Notes under the pieces: generated by a model
Told to the model about the DNA's origin: nothing
Seen by the model: only the letters and a program-made list of their open reading frames with translations
Databases searched by the model: none
Program-made: the position numbers and the translations under genes
Source: an uncultured Pseudomonadota bacterium
GTDB taxonomy: Bacteria > Myxococcota_A > UBA796 > SXON01
Length of the DNA stretch: 64,000 bases
Direction: 5' to 3'
NCBI GenBank assembly: GCA_903885375.1
Contig: CAISIK010000064.1
Location: 456 to 64,455, forward strand
Part shown: positions 9,797 through 19,585 of the stretch, one piece after another
Layout of the letters: the number at the start of each line of letters is the position of its first letter
Position numbering within the stretch: the first letter of the stretch is position 1

Positions 9797-12700
9797 CAGC
9801 CCTCCTTGTGCTCGGCGCCGTGGCCGTGCGCGGGTGCTTCATCGGGTCCACCGTGGCCGCCGGGGGCTTCGGTGGGGGTGTGGGAATCGCCGTGGCCTTC
9901 CTCGTGGCCGCCGCCGTGCCCGCCGCCGTGGCTGAAGGCCGGCGCGTGGTGGCTGACCTTCGCCATGTAGCGAACACCGGGCTTGGTGTTGAGCTCGCCG
10001 AGCAGCGTGTAGGCGCGCGGGCTGGTGCCGAGCTGGCGAACCGTGGAGTCGGTGTCGTTCCAGTTGCCGAAGTTGATGGCTTCGGAGGGGCAGGCCGCGG
10101 CGCAGGCCGTGAGGCGCTGCAGCGCGGCATCGGGCACGCGATGCTTGTCCATGCTCACCGGCTTGCCGGGCTCGCGCTCTGCGAAGGCGGCATCACGCCA
10201 GTTGTCCTTCACGGAGCGCACGCGCTGCACGCAGAACGTGCACTTCTCCATCACGCCCATCTCTCGCGTGGAGAGCTCCGGGTTGAGCATGAGGTGGTAG
10301 CTCTGCGGCCACTCCCACGTGTGGTAGTTGAAGCGGCGGGCGGTGTACGGACAGTTGTTGGCGCAGTACCGGGTGCCCACGCACCGGTTGTAGATCATGG
10401 CGTTGAGGCCATCGAGGTTGTGGTAGGTGGCGAGCACCGGGCACACACCCTCGCACGGAGCGTGCGCGCAGTGCTGGCAGATGGCCGGCAGGTAGCGCAC
10501 GTCGGGGCTGTTCTCATCGCCTTCGAAGAACCGGTCCATGCGGATCCAGCTCATCGTGCGGCCCTTGCGGAGCTGGTCCGGACCCACAAACGGGGTGTTG
10601 TTCTCCACCGCGCAGGCAATCTGGCAGGCACCGCAGCCATTGCAGGCGTTGGTGTCGATGACCATCGAGAAGCGGTAGGTGGGGTGCTGGGGCTCGGGGA
10701 ACATGTCCACCGGGCCGGCCGCCTCGACGCGCGGGTCGGTGGGGAGGTGGTGGATGGGCACGATCGACTGGGCTTCACCCTCGACGTTCGCCACCGCATC
10801 GGCGGCGTTCACCCGGGCGGCGATGGTGCGGCCGTCCTGGTTCATGCTGCCGCACAGCGCGTGGAGACCGCTGTCGCCCTGCGTCCGGGTGATTCGCACG
10901 CGGGAGGTCAGGTTGAGCGCACCGGAGGCCGGGTCGACTTCGCCGCCGAGCAGGGCGAAGGCGTTGGCGCCGCGGCCCTTGGCGTACTTGCCGGTGGTCT
11001 TGCCGTTGCCCATCCGGAGCGCCACGGTGTCCTCGCGGACGGTCGGCGCGCCGAACCAGCCCACGGTCACGCTGCCGTGGTCGGTCTCCACCTTCACGAG
11101 GTCCTTCTCACCGAGGCCGAGCGACTCGGCCGTGCGGGGGTTGATCTCGATCCAGGTGTTCCAGAAGTAGGTGCTGACCGGATCGGGGAGCTCCTGCGCC
11201 CAGGGTACGTTGGCCCAGCGGCCATCACCGAGGTGGGAGGCGAAGAGGACCAGCGCGCGATCGCCGCTGCCGGAGTTGGTGCCTTCGGGGAGCGACGCGG
11301 CCACCCACGACACGGCCGCGAGGGCGGGGGGGGAGGCCACGAGGCCGATGGTCTGCACTTCCTGCCACCACGCGGCGGCGTTGGCGCCCGCGGGCATCAG
11401 GAGCGCGGTCCAGCGGGCCTTGACGAGCTCGCCGAAGTTGGCCGCCGACGCCACGAGGCTGGCGGTGGAGACCGGCGCGGGCGCGGCCACCGGGGCGACC
11501 GTGGCCGTGGAGTCTGCCGCGGGGGTGGCATCCGTGGAGCCTTCCAAGGGGGCAACCACCGCCTCCACCGGAGGAGCCGCGGGAGCCCATGCCTTCGCGA
11601 GGGTGAGCAGCGTATCGCCCAGGCCCCGGCTGTCGTGCAGCGGGACCATGCTGGGCTGACCGAGCACGTGCAGGCTGGATTCCACGCTCGCATCCGACCA
11701 CTGCTCGAGGCCCGAGCCGGTGGGGAGGACGAGGGTGTTCTCGCCGGTGGAGTCGTTCGCCTCGTCGGCGAACTGCACCACGAGGTCGACCTTGGCGAGC
11801 GCATCAGCTGCGCCGATCGCGGCGGGGAGCGCGTGGATGGCATCAATGCCATCGAGGAACAGCACGCCGATCTTGCCGGCCGCCGCATCCGCGACGAGCG
11901 ACTTCACGTCGGCGAACGAGTTCACCTGGCCGGGACGGAACCCGCGGCCGAACTGCACCGCCGTGCCGACGGCGCCGAGCACCATGTTGCAGAGGAGCGT
12001 GGCGACCGCGAGCGCGGTGGCGTCGGCGCCCTGCGTGGAGGGGCCGCCGGGGAGAACCACGGAGGGGGCCGCGGTGAGCATGGCCGCGAGCTCGGTGAGG
12101 CGCGCCTCGGCGATGCCGCTGGCGGCGCAGGCCGCGTTGACATCGACCCCGGAGAGCAGCGAGGCGCCGGCGCCGGAGTAGCCGTTGGCGGCGGCGCAGA
12201 GCTTCGCGAGCGCGAGGGCCACCTGCGTTTCGGTGCCGGGGAGGGCGCTCACCCAGTCATCGCAACCGATGCTGGAGCTGGAGAGGCGGGGCTCGATCGC
12301 CACGAGGCGGGCGGCAAACCCATCCGAGGCGGGATTGCGGGCCTTGGCGAAGCCCTTCCGCATGGCCATCGAACCGAAGGCGGAGTCGGCGAAGTCGAAG
12401 CCGAAGCTGACGACGGTACGGGCGCCGGCGAGCTCGTAGACGGGGAGCTCATCCACGCCGAAGGCAATGCGCGCGGCGGCGAGGAGGGGCTCCACGCCGA
12501 GCGTTTCCCAGTGAACCCGGCGAAGGCCACCCTCGGCGAGCACATCGAGGAGGGCGCTCGCGGTGCCCGTGCGGTAGCGACCGAGCCAGGCCACGGTCTT
12601 CCCGGCGGCGCGCGCGGCGGCGACCGCATCGAGCATCTGCTTGTCGGCATCGGCCCAGGAGAGGGTGGTGCGCTTGGCGGTGGCACCCGGCAGGCGGTCG

Positions 12701-13011
12701 GGACCGTAGGCCGCGATCAGGTCGAAGTGGCCGCGGGTGCAAAGCCCGGGGCCGCTCGGGTGATCGGGATTGCCTTCCACGCCGACCACACGGCCGTCGG
12801 TGTTGCGGGCGACCAGGCCGCAGGCCGTGGCACACCCGTTGCACAACGAGGCGTAGTAGGTGGCGAGCCCCGGCTGCACGTTCTCGGGGTTCACGACATA
12901 GGGGAGCACCTCTTCCTGAGGCACCTTGTAGTCGTAGGCGCAGGCCGCCGCGGTGGCCGAGGTGGCAACCGCGCCTGCCTTGAGGAAGTCGCGGCGGTTC
13001 AGTCCGTCCAT
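9796..13011 (-). CDS. actB: alternative complex III ActB (fused molybdopterin-like and 4Fe-4S domains)
   Basis: 1071-aa ORF. Tat signal NRRDFLKAG. Ferredoxin-type clusters CNGCGACQIAC, CQHCAHAPCEGVCP and CVGTRYCANNCP. His-rich C-terminal tail. Confidence 0.9.
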
Positions 13012-13022
13012 TGTGGCTCCGG

Positions 13023-13700
13023 CTACTTGTGACAGGTCCAGCAGTCCTTCAGCTCAGCGCGCCGAAGTTCTGCCTTGGTACCGTAGTTTTCGGTGATGCT
13101 CTCGTGCTGGGCGTGGCAGTCGAGGCACCAGCCCATGTTCAGCGGGGCGACGCGCTCGTTCACCGTCATGTTCTGCACTTCGCCATGGCACTCCTGGCAA
13201 TCCAGACCGGCGACGACGTGCCGCTTGTGCGAGAAGTAGACGTAGTCGGGAAGGTCGTGGACCTTCTTCCAGGGGATGACTTCGCCCTTGTCCCAGTATT
13301 CCTTGAGCTTCACGAGCTCGGGCCGGTCGGTCGTATCGACCAGCGCGTGGCAGCCCATGCACACGCTCGTGGCCGGCACGCCCGCGTGCACGCCCTTGCG
13401 CGCGTTGCTGTGACAGTAGTTGCAGTCCATGCCGAGGGTCTTGACGTGCCGCTCGTGGGTAAACGCGATCGGCTGCTCGATGGCTTCATCGAGGGGCTGG
13501 CCGACGGTGACCACGAGGTTCCGGTCGAAGAGCTCGGGGGGGAGAAGATTCTTCATTCCGATGGTGAAGGTCTCCTCGGAGGCCTCCTCCGCCGAAGCTT
13601 CGTCATCTTCTGCGTTGGCGCGCGTGGCGAAACCCGCCATCCCCACGGCCGCGCCTGTGAAGAGCACGATTGCCAGGGTGGCCCGGGTGAGCTGTCGCAT
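13023..13700 (-). CDS. actA: alternative complex III pentaheme cytochrome c ActA
   Basis: 225-aa ORF with five CxxCH motifs (CNYCH, CMGCH, CQECH, CLDCH, CWTCH) and an N-terminal signal. Confidence 0.9.
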   Translation of the reverse strand: MRQLTRATLAIVLFTGAAVGMAGFATRANAEDDEASAEEASEETFTIGMKNLLPPELFDRNLVVTVGQPLDEAIEQPIAFTHERHVKTLGMDCNYCHSNARKGVHAGVPATSVCMGCHALVDTTDRPELVKLKEYWDKGEVIPWKKVHDLPDYVYFSHKRHVVAGLDCQECHGEVQNMTVNERVAPLNMGWCLDCHAQHESITENYGTKAELRRAELKDCWTCHK

Positions 13701-13745
13701 CTTTCCTCCAGCCTGAGAGCCGGTGGGACGGAGGGGGGAGTGGGG

Positions 13746-13771
13746 GCCGCCCCCCTAATCCGGGGGGCGGC
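13746..13771 (-). terminator. perfect 10-bp GC hairpin between the cytochrome c gene and actA
   Basis: GCCGCCCCCC (13746-13755) pairs with GGGGGGCGGC (13762-13771) across a 6-nt loop. No U-tract follows on the transcribed strand, so it may be an attenuator or stabiliser rather than a full terminator. Confidence 0.35.
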
Positions 13772-13793
13772 GCTTCACAAGGGGGAGACGGTG

Positions 13794-14300
13794 CTACTTG
13801 CTGCGGAGCTCGGCGTCGATGTACGCGAGGACTTCCCACGATTGATCCTCGGTCAAGCCGAGGGGGGCCATCGCGGTGCTGGCGATGCCGTTCATCACGA
13901 TCCACTGCTTCGTACCGATCGGGGTGGCTTCCCAGCGCTCCTTCCAGTTGAACTGGGCGGGCTTCTGGGGGAGCGCGGCTCCGGCGATGCCATCGCCCGC
14001 GCCGGTGGCGCCGTGGCAGGTGGCGCACTTGAGGTATTGCTCCTTGCCGGCGGCGATCGCGGCCGGATCACCAGCCTTCGGGTTCGGGCGCGCATCGGCG
14101 CCGGCGGCCTTGGCCTTCTCGTAGGCGGCGGCGGCCAGCTCGGTGGCCGTGTACGGGCCCGTGGGCGCCGGCGCGGGGGCGGCGACGGGCGGGGGGGGCG
14201 GCGGCTCGGCCGGCTTCTCGGCGACGGGGGGCGCGACGGGCTTCGGAGCTTCTTCGGCGCCGCAAGCGACCAGCATGGCGAATGACAGGACGGTGACCAT
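13794..14300 (-). CDS. class I c-type cytochrome lipoprotein
   Basis: 168-aa ORF. Lipobox LVAC, a Pro/Ala-rich tether, a single CATCH heme motif and a distal Met region. Confidence 0.85.
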   Translation of the reverse strand: MVTVLSFAMLVACGAEEAPKPVAPPVAEKPAEPPPPPPVAAPAPAPTGPYTATELAAAAYEKAKAAGADARPNPKAGDPAAIAAGKEQYLKCATCHGATGAGDGIAGAALPQKPAQFNWKERWEATPIGTKQWIVMNGIASTAMAPLGLTEDQSWEVLAYIDAELRSK

Positions 14301-14360
14301 TTGATGACTCCCTTTACGCGCGCCGCGATTAGCCCGCTTCGCGGCGGCTTGCCACGCCCG

Positions 14361-14552
14361 CTAGAGATAGCCGACCGGGCGGAGGGAGTACATCGCTGAC
14401 ATCAGCGCGTTGAAAGCGGACTCTTCGTCGTCGATGCCTTCGGTTCCTTCGATGGCGGCGAGGACCTCCTCGATGGGGTAGCCGCGGAGGGTGGCGAGCG
14501 CCGCCTCTTCCTCGATGATGCGGGCGGCCGTGGCGGCGTCGAAGGTGAACAT
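14361..14552 (-). CDS. small acidic hypothetical protein (63 aa)
   Basis: ORF with strong G/C bias at third codon positions. No recognisable motif. Confidence 0.4.
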   Translation of the reverse strand: MFTFDAATAARIIEEEAALATLRGYPIEEVLAAIEGTEGIDDEESAFNALMSAMYSLRPVGYL

Positions 14553-14639
14553 GGGTTTCCGGGGGTGGAGCCGCCTAACCGGCGCGGCCCGTACCGATGG
14601 GCACTCGGGGCGATTAGCGGGGAAACCACGGAGGGCACC

Positions 14640-15053
14640 ATGCCCGGTTTCTGGATGATGCTCGCCTGCGTGGCCGCCGCGGTCGATCCCGCGCCGCCCT
14701 CTCCCCCCTCGCCCGTCGAGGTCGTGGCCGACGACGTCCCGCCTCCGGCTCCTCCGGTGCCTTCCATGCCCTCCGCCGTCGCCGAGGCGCGCATCGAAGG
14801 CCCCTCAACCCCGGGCGAGTGTGGCGCGGACGGCGACTGCGTGGCCACCGGCTGCGCCTCCGAGGTTTGCGTGGCGGGCCCGCGGGCCGGCGAGATCATC
14901 ACCACCTGCGAGGTGCTGCCCATCTTCAGCGAGCTCAGCGCCTGCGGCTGCCATGAAGGCGTGTGCAGCTGGACGAGGGTTCCCGGCGCGCGCGAGCTCG
15001 GCGCGCCGCGCACGCTCCCCGTGCGGGTGGTTGGTGGGGGCGGTGGGACTTGA
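14640..15053 (+). CDS. eight-cysteine lipoprotein
   Basis: ORF 14565-15053 trimmed to ATG 14640 (MPGFWMMLAC). Pro-rich tether, then 8 Cys (CGADGDCVATGCASEVC ... TTCE ... CGCHEGVC). The last 22 nt are antisense to the tRNA-Leu gene. Confidence 0.55.
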   Translation: MPGFWMMLACVAAAVDPAPPSPPSPVEVVADDVPPPAPPVPSMPSAVAEARIEGPSTPGECGADGDCVATGCASEVCVAGPRAGEIITTCEVLPIFSELSACGCHEGVCSWTRVPGARELGAPRTLPVRVVGGGGGT

Positions 15054-15117
15054 ACCCACAAGGGTATACACCCGGGGGATTTTGAATCCCCTGCGTCTGC
15101 CATTCCGCCACGCCCCC
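15032..15117 (-). tRNA. tRNA-Leu (anticodon CAA), type II with long variable arm, CCA encoded
   Basis: Hand-folded cloverleaf. Acceptor GGGGGCG/CGCCCCC, anticodon stem GGGGA/TCCCC, loop TTCAAAA, 15-nt variable arm, T-arm GTGGG-TTCAAGT-CCCAC, 3-prime ACCA. Confidence 0.95.
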
Positions 15118-15201
15118 CACGGGCGTTCCGAACACACGTTTTACTTCGCTGGCGGCGCTCCGCAAGCGGGTCTGCTACGATGCGCGGCGGAGAAGACCGT
15201 C

Positions 15202-16020
15202 ATGCTGCGCCTCGCCCTCGCCCTTGTCCTGCTTGCTGGCTGCGACCAGCAGAAAATCGCGCTTGGTCAGGGTGGCGATGATGACGCCCGGCTCTACGCC
15301 GACGTCTACACCTGGCAGTGCGAGGAGCGTTCCGGTGAGGACGTCTCCTACTACAACGGCGTGAACAGCTACCAGGTGTCGCTCGAGTACGCGCCCGACG
15401 AGCTCGTGAAGCGTGATCTGCCCGCGGCCGGCTGCAGCAGCGGCCTCGACATGTTCCCCGATGGAGCGGGCAGCGGCGGCGTGAACATTCCCGACGCCGG
15501 CAACCCCACCTGGAGCAACGGCGATCTCGACGGCACGCTCACCCAGGAAGCCGATGGCTTCTACTTCGACGACGTGTACGGCTCCGTCGAGAACTGCGCC
15601 TACGCGGAGGACCTCATCGGCGAAGGCACCGCCCTCTCCGAGGCCGGCAGCTTCAGCGGCGCGGTTTCGCCCGCGGCCGGCACGCTCGACGACGTGGACA
15701 TCAGCAACTACGACGTGAACACCGGCCTCACGTTCGGCGCCGAGGTGGATGTTTCCTGGACGCAGAAAGGCTGGCAGGACTCGTGGATCCAGATCCGGGC
15801 GGAGAGTGATGGCGAGCTCGTGGATTCCGTCACGTGCAACACCGGCGGGGCCAACAGCTTCGCGGTGGATGAGGGGGTGTGGTCGCTCATGAACACGGCG
15901 GTCGAGCCCGACGTCACCAACCTTTTCGTGGCGGTCCAGAACTCCGAGACCACCACCACCGCCGATGGGCAGCGCATCGAGCTGGTCACCCGCGTCATTC
16001 ACGCCGCCGTCGTTCGCTGA
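15202..16020 (+). CDS. hypothetical lipoprotein
   Basis: ORF 14821-16020 trimmed to ATG 15202 (MLRLALALVLLAGC). Acidic, beta-rich. No family recognised. Confidence 0.65.
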   Translation: MLRLALALVLLAGCDQQKIALGQGGDDDARLYADVYTWQCEERSGEDVSYYNGVNSYQVSLEYAPDELVKRDLPAAGCSSGLDMFPDGAGSGGVNIPDAGNPTWSNGDLDGTLTQEADGFYFDDVYGSVENCAYAEDLIGEGTALSEAGSFSGAVSPAAGTLDDVDISNYDVNTGLTFGAEVDVSWTQKGWQDSWIQIRAESDGELVDSVTCNTGGANSFAVDEGVWSLMNTAVEPDVTNLFVAVQNSETTTTADGQRIELVTRVIHAAVVR

Positions 16021-16033
16021 GCAGGAAATCCCG

Positions 16034-16855
16034 ATGTCGGTGGTATTGGTCGTCGATCCGTTGGCCCAGACGTCCCAGCGCGTGGCGCAGGCGCTCGTAG
16101 GCACACGCCTCACGATCCGCACGGCGCGCGACGCCTCGGATGCCGAGGTCATCCTCGATCGGGAGGAGGTCGTCGCGGTCTTCACCGCGGTGGTCCTGCC
16201 CGGCGGCAACCCCTACGATCTTACGCGCAGCGTGCACGCTCGGCACCCGGAGGCCCCCGTATTCCTCGTGTCCGGCGGCTTCGACGTGGTGAACAGCGAA
16301 CGAGCGGCCGAGGCGGGCGTGGCGGGCCGGCTCTCTCGTCCCTTCACCTCCGAGGCCGTGCGCCGCGCGCTCGAAGGCGCGATGGGTCCGCTGCAGCCGG
16401 AGTTGGCGGAGGGTGAGGGCGAATCTGCGGAAGAAACCCTCGATCCAGCCTCGTTTGAAGCGCTGGCCGAGGTCGAGCCCTTCGCGTTCGGCGAGCCCTC
16501 GCCCCGCCCCGCTGCCACAAGGCCCGCGGCGCCCCGGCTGGTGGGTGCGCCGGTGCCGGTGGCCGCGCCGCCCGTGGCCGATGAGCGGCGCGCGAGCTTC
16601 CTCCCGCGCGATTGGCGGGCCCTGCCGCCCGTGCAGGTCGACCCCGAGGTGGTCGGGCCGGCCATGGAGCGGGCCATTCTCGCGGTGCTCCCCGAGGTGG
16701 TGGAGATCGTGATCAACAAGGCGCTGACCACCTCGCCCGCCTTCCGCGAGATGATCGAGGTGGCCGTGGAGGCCGCCCTCCGCGAGGAGCTGCCCGCCAT
16801 CGCGCGCAAGGCGATCCGCGAGCGCATGGCGGAGATCGAGCGGGGAGAGGGGTAG
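16034..16855 (+). CDS. receiver-domain protein with degenerate phosphorylation site
   Basis: Starts at ATG 16034 (MSVVLVVD). CheY-like layout, but the acceptor position reads FTAVVLPG and the conserved Lys reads RPF. Pro/Ala-rich linker, then a helical C-terminus. Confidence 0.7.
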   Translation: MSVVLVVDPLAQTSQRVAQALVGTRLTIRTARDASDAEVILDREEVVAVFTAVVLPGGNPYDLTRSVHARHPEAPVFLVSGGFDVVNSERAAEAGVAGRLSRPFTSEAVRRALEGAMGPLQPELAEGEGESAEETLDPASFEALAEVEPFAFGEPSPRPAATRPAAPRLVGAPVPVAAPPVADERRASFLPRDWRALPPVQVDPEVVGPAMERAILAVLPEVVEIVINKALTTSPAFREMIEVAVEAALREELPAIARKAIRERMAEIERGEG

Positions 16856-16967
16856 ATCGGAGGCAACGGGCGGGCCGGCTCGCCGGCTGCTCCCGCAGCC
16901 TCTGGCTCCCCAGGCGGGGCGGCGGACGGGTGCGCGTGATAGCCGCCCGGCCTGTTCCGAGGCCGCC

Positions 16968-19583
16968 TTGACTCCTCCCGCCCCCGAGCTCCCGCAGTTC
17001 TACGATCCGCATGCCGCCTTTGCGCGCTACGCCTCCGCCTGGGAGGCGTCGGGCGTGAACAGCCCCCGCGCCGACGCGGCGGGTGAGCCCTACTGCATCG
17101 TGATCCCGCCGCCGAACGTGACCGGCAGCCTCCACATGGGTCACGCGCTCAACAACACGCTCCAGGACGTGCTGATCCGCTACAAGCGCATGGATGGCTT
17201 CAACGCCGTCTGGATTCCCGGCACCGACCACGCGGGCATCGCCACGCAGTGGATCGTGGAGAAGCAGCTCCGGGCGAAGGGGGTGGACCGGCGCGAGCTG
17301 GGTCGGGAGAAGTTCCTCTCGTGCGTATGGGAGTGGAAGGAGCAGTCGGGCGGCACGATCGTGAACCAGCTCAAGCGCCTCGGCGTGAGCTGCGACTGGT
17401 CGCGCGAGCGCTTCACCATGGATGAAGGCCTCTCCGCCGCCGTGAGGGAGAACTTCGTGAAGCTCGTGGAGGAGGGCCTCATCTACCGGGCCACCCGGCT
17501 CATCAACTGGGATCCGGTCGGCATGACCGCCATCAGCGACCTCGAGGTGGAGACCGAGGAGAACGTGCAGGGCGAGCTGTGGAGCTTTGCCTACCCGCTC
17601 TCCGATGGCAGCGGCGAGATCGTGGTGGCCACCACCCGCCCGGAAACGATGCTGGGCGACACCGCGGTGGCCGTGCACCCCGATGACCCCCGCTACAAGC
17701 ACCTCATCGGCACCACCGTGCGGCACCCCATCCTCGGGCGCGAAATCCCCATCGTGGGTGATGCCATTCTCGTAGACCCGGCGTTCGGCAGCGGTGCCGT
17801 GAAGGTCACGCCCGCGCACGACTTCAACGACCATGCGGTGGGCAAGCGCCACAACCTCCCGCTCATCACGATCTTCACGCTGGATGGCAAGGTCAACGGC
17901 GAGGGCGGCACCTACGCCGGCCTCGACCGCTTCGAGGCCCGCAAGCAGATCAAGGCCGACATCGAGGCGATGGGGCTCGGCCGCGGCAGCCGGCTCAACG
18001 TGATGACGCTGCCGCGCAGCCAGCGCTCCGGCGCGGTCGTGGAGCCGATGGTGAGCACGCAGTGGTTCGTGCGCATGAAGCCGCTGGCGGCGCCGGCGCT
18101 CGCCGCCGTGCAGCAGGACTTCACCCGCTTCCACCCGAAGCAGTGGGAGAACACCTACTTCGCCTGGCTCCGCGACATCCAGGACTGGTGCATCTCGCGC
18201 CAGCTCTGGTGGGGCCACCGCATCCCGGCGTGGCACTGCGCCGCTTGCGGGGAAACGACCGTGTCGCGCGTGGACGTGACCGTCTGCGGCAAGTGCGGGA
18301 GCGCCAACATCGCGCAGGACGAGGATGTGCTCGACACCTGGTTCAGCTCGGCGCTGTGGCCCTTCTCCACCCTCGGCTGGCCCGAGCGCACACCCGAGCT
18401 GGCGAAGTGGTATCCGAACGCCGTCCTCATCACGGGGTTCGACATCATCTTCTTCTGGGTGGCCCGGATGATGGTGGCGGGCCTGCACAACATGGGCTCG
18501 GTGCCCTTCCGCGACGTGTACATCCACGGGCTCGTGCGCGACGAGAACGGCGACAAGATGTCGAAGACCAAGGGCAACGTGGTCGACCCGCTGGTGGCCA
18601 TCGAGAAGCACGGCACCGACGCCTTCCGCATGACGCTCACCTCGCTGGCCGGCCTCGGCCGCGACCTCGCGTGGAGCGACAAGAGCGTGGAGATGTGGAC
18701 GCGCTTCCAGAACAAGGTGTGGCAGAGCTTCCGGTTCTTGCGCATGCACGTGAACGAGAAGCCCGCGCCCGCGGCGCTCGGCCCGATGGACCGGTGGATT
18801 CTCGCGCGTGCGGGCGTGGCGGTGGCGAACGTGCGCACTGCGCTCGACAGCTACCGCTTCAACGATGCGGCGGCCGAGGTGCACCGCTTCGTCTGGTACG
18901 AACTGTGCGACTGGTACCTCGAGTTCTCCAAGGCCGCGCTCTACGGCGAGGACGAGGATGGGAAGGCGGGCGCGCGCTACGCGCTCTGGACCGTGTACTC
19001 GGCGGTGGCCCGGCTCCTGCACCCGTTCATGCCCTTCCTCGCCGAGGAGCTCTGGCAGAACCTGCCGGGCGCCGAAGGCAGCGTGGTGCGGGCCTCGTTC
19101 CCCCGCCCCGACGAGTTCCCCCCGGCCGACGACACGCTCGCCGAGGTGGCGCTCCTGCAGGAGGCGATCGTGGCGGTGCGCCGCGTGCGCGCGGAGAAGG
19201 AGCTCTCGCCGCGGATTCCGCTGCAGCTCGTTTCGCAGGGGCTCGGCGGCCTCGCCCGCTACCACCGCGTGCTCGACGATCTGGTGAAGGTCACCGTGGT
19301 CACCGGCGAGAAGCCCGAGGCCTGCGCCACGGTGGTGGTGGAGGGCATCGAAGGCTGGATTCCGCTCGCGGGCGTGCTCGATCTCGACAAGGAGCGGGAG
19401 CGCCTCGACGGCCAGATCGCGAAGACCCGCAAGTCGGTGGACTTCCTACGCGGCCTCCTCGGCAACGAGGGCTTCGTGTCCAAGGCCAAGCCGGAGCTCC
19501 TGGCAAGCCGTCGCGCGGAGCTCGAGGGCGACGAGTCCAAGCTCGCCACGCTGGAAGCGGCGCTGGCCGCGCTCGGTCGCTGA
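16968..19583 (+). CDS. valS: valine--tRNA ligase
   Basis: 871-aa ORF with the HIGH-type motif SLHMGHAL, KMSKTKGN, and a C-terminal coiled coil. TTG start at 16968. Confidence 0.97.
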   Translation: MTPPAPELPQFYDPHAAFARYASAWEASGVNSPRADAAGEPYCIVIPPPNVTGSLHMGHALNNTLQDVLIRYKRMDGFNAVWIPGTDHAGIATQWIVEKQLRAKGVDRRELGREKFLSCVWEWKEQSGGTIVNQLKRLGVSCDWSRERFTMDEGLSAAVRENFVKLVEEGLIYRATRLINWDPVGMTAISDLEVETEENVQGELWSFAYPLSDGSGEIVVATTRPETMLGDTAVAVHPDDPRYKHLIGTTVRHPILGREIPIVGDAILVDPAFGSGAVKVTPAHDFNDHAVGKRHNLPLITIFTLDGKVNGEGGTYAGLDRFEARKQIKADIEAMGLGRGSRLNVMTLPRSQRSGAVVEPMVSTQWFVRMKPLAAPALAAVQQDFTRFHPKQWENTYFAWLRDIQDWCISRQLWWGHRIPAWHCAACGETTVSRVDVTVCGKCGSANIAQDEDVLDTWFSSALWPFSTLGWPERTPELAKWYPNAVLITGFDIIFFWVARMMVAGLHNMGSVPFRDVYIHGLVRDENGDKMSKTKGNVVDPLVAIEKHGTDAFRMTLTSLAGLGRDLAWSDKSVEMWTRFQNKVWQSFRFLRMHVNEKPAPAALGPMDRWILARAGVAVANVRTALDSYRFNDAAAEVHRFVWYELCDWYLEFSKAALYGEDEDGKAGARYALWTVYSAVARLLHPFMPFLAEELWQNLPGAEGSVVRASFPRPDEFPPADDTLAEVALLQEAIVAVRRVRAEKELSPRIPLQLVSQGLGGLARYHRVLDDLVKVTVVTGEKPEACATVVVEGIEGWIPLAGVLDLDKERERLDGQIAKTRKSVDFLRGLLGNEGFVSKAKPELLASRRAELEGDESKLATLEAALAALGR

Positions 19584-19585
19584 TC

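Noticed and set aside
9808-13032. 1074-aa plus-strand ORF
   Set aside because: It is exactly antisense to actB, which has Tat and Fe-S motifs. This is the usual high-GC shadow ORF.
15032-15117. tRNA-Leu as an integration site for a genomic island
   Set aside because: No integrase, no direct repeat of the tRNA 3-prime end and no compositional shift in the flanking genes. The two low-GC islands lie 12 and 26 kb away.
16713-19585. 850-aa minus-strand ORF, and the upstream part of the 790-aa plus-strand ORF, inside valS
   Set aside because: valS is unambiguous (HIGH and KMSKS motifs). Only the portion of the second ORF after ATG 19586 is a plausible gene.
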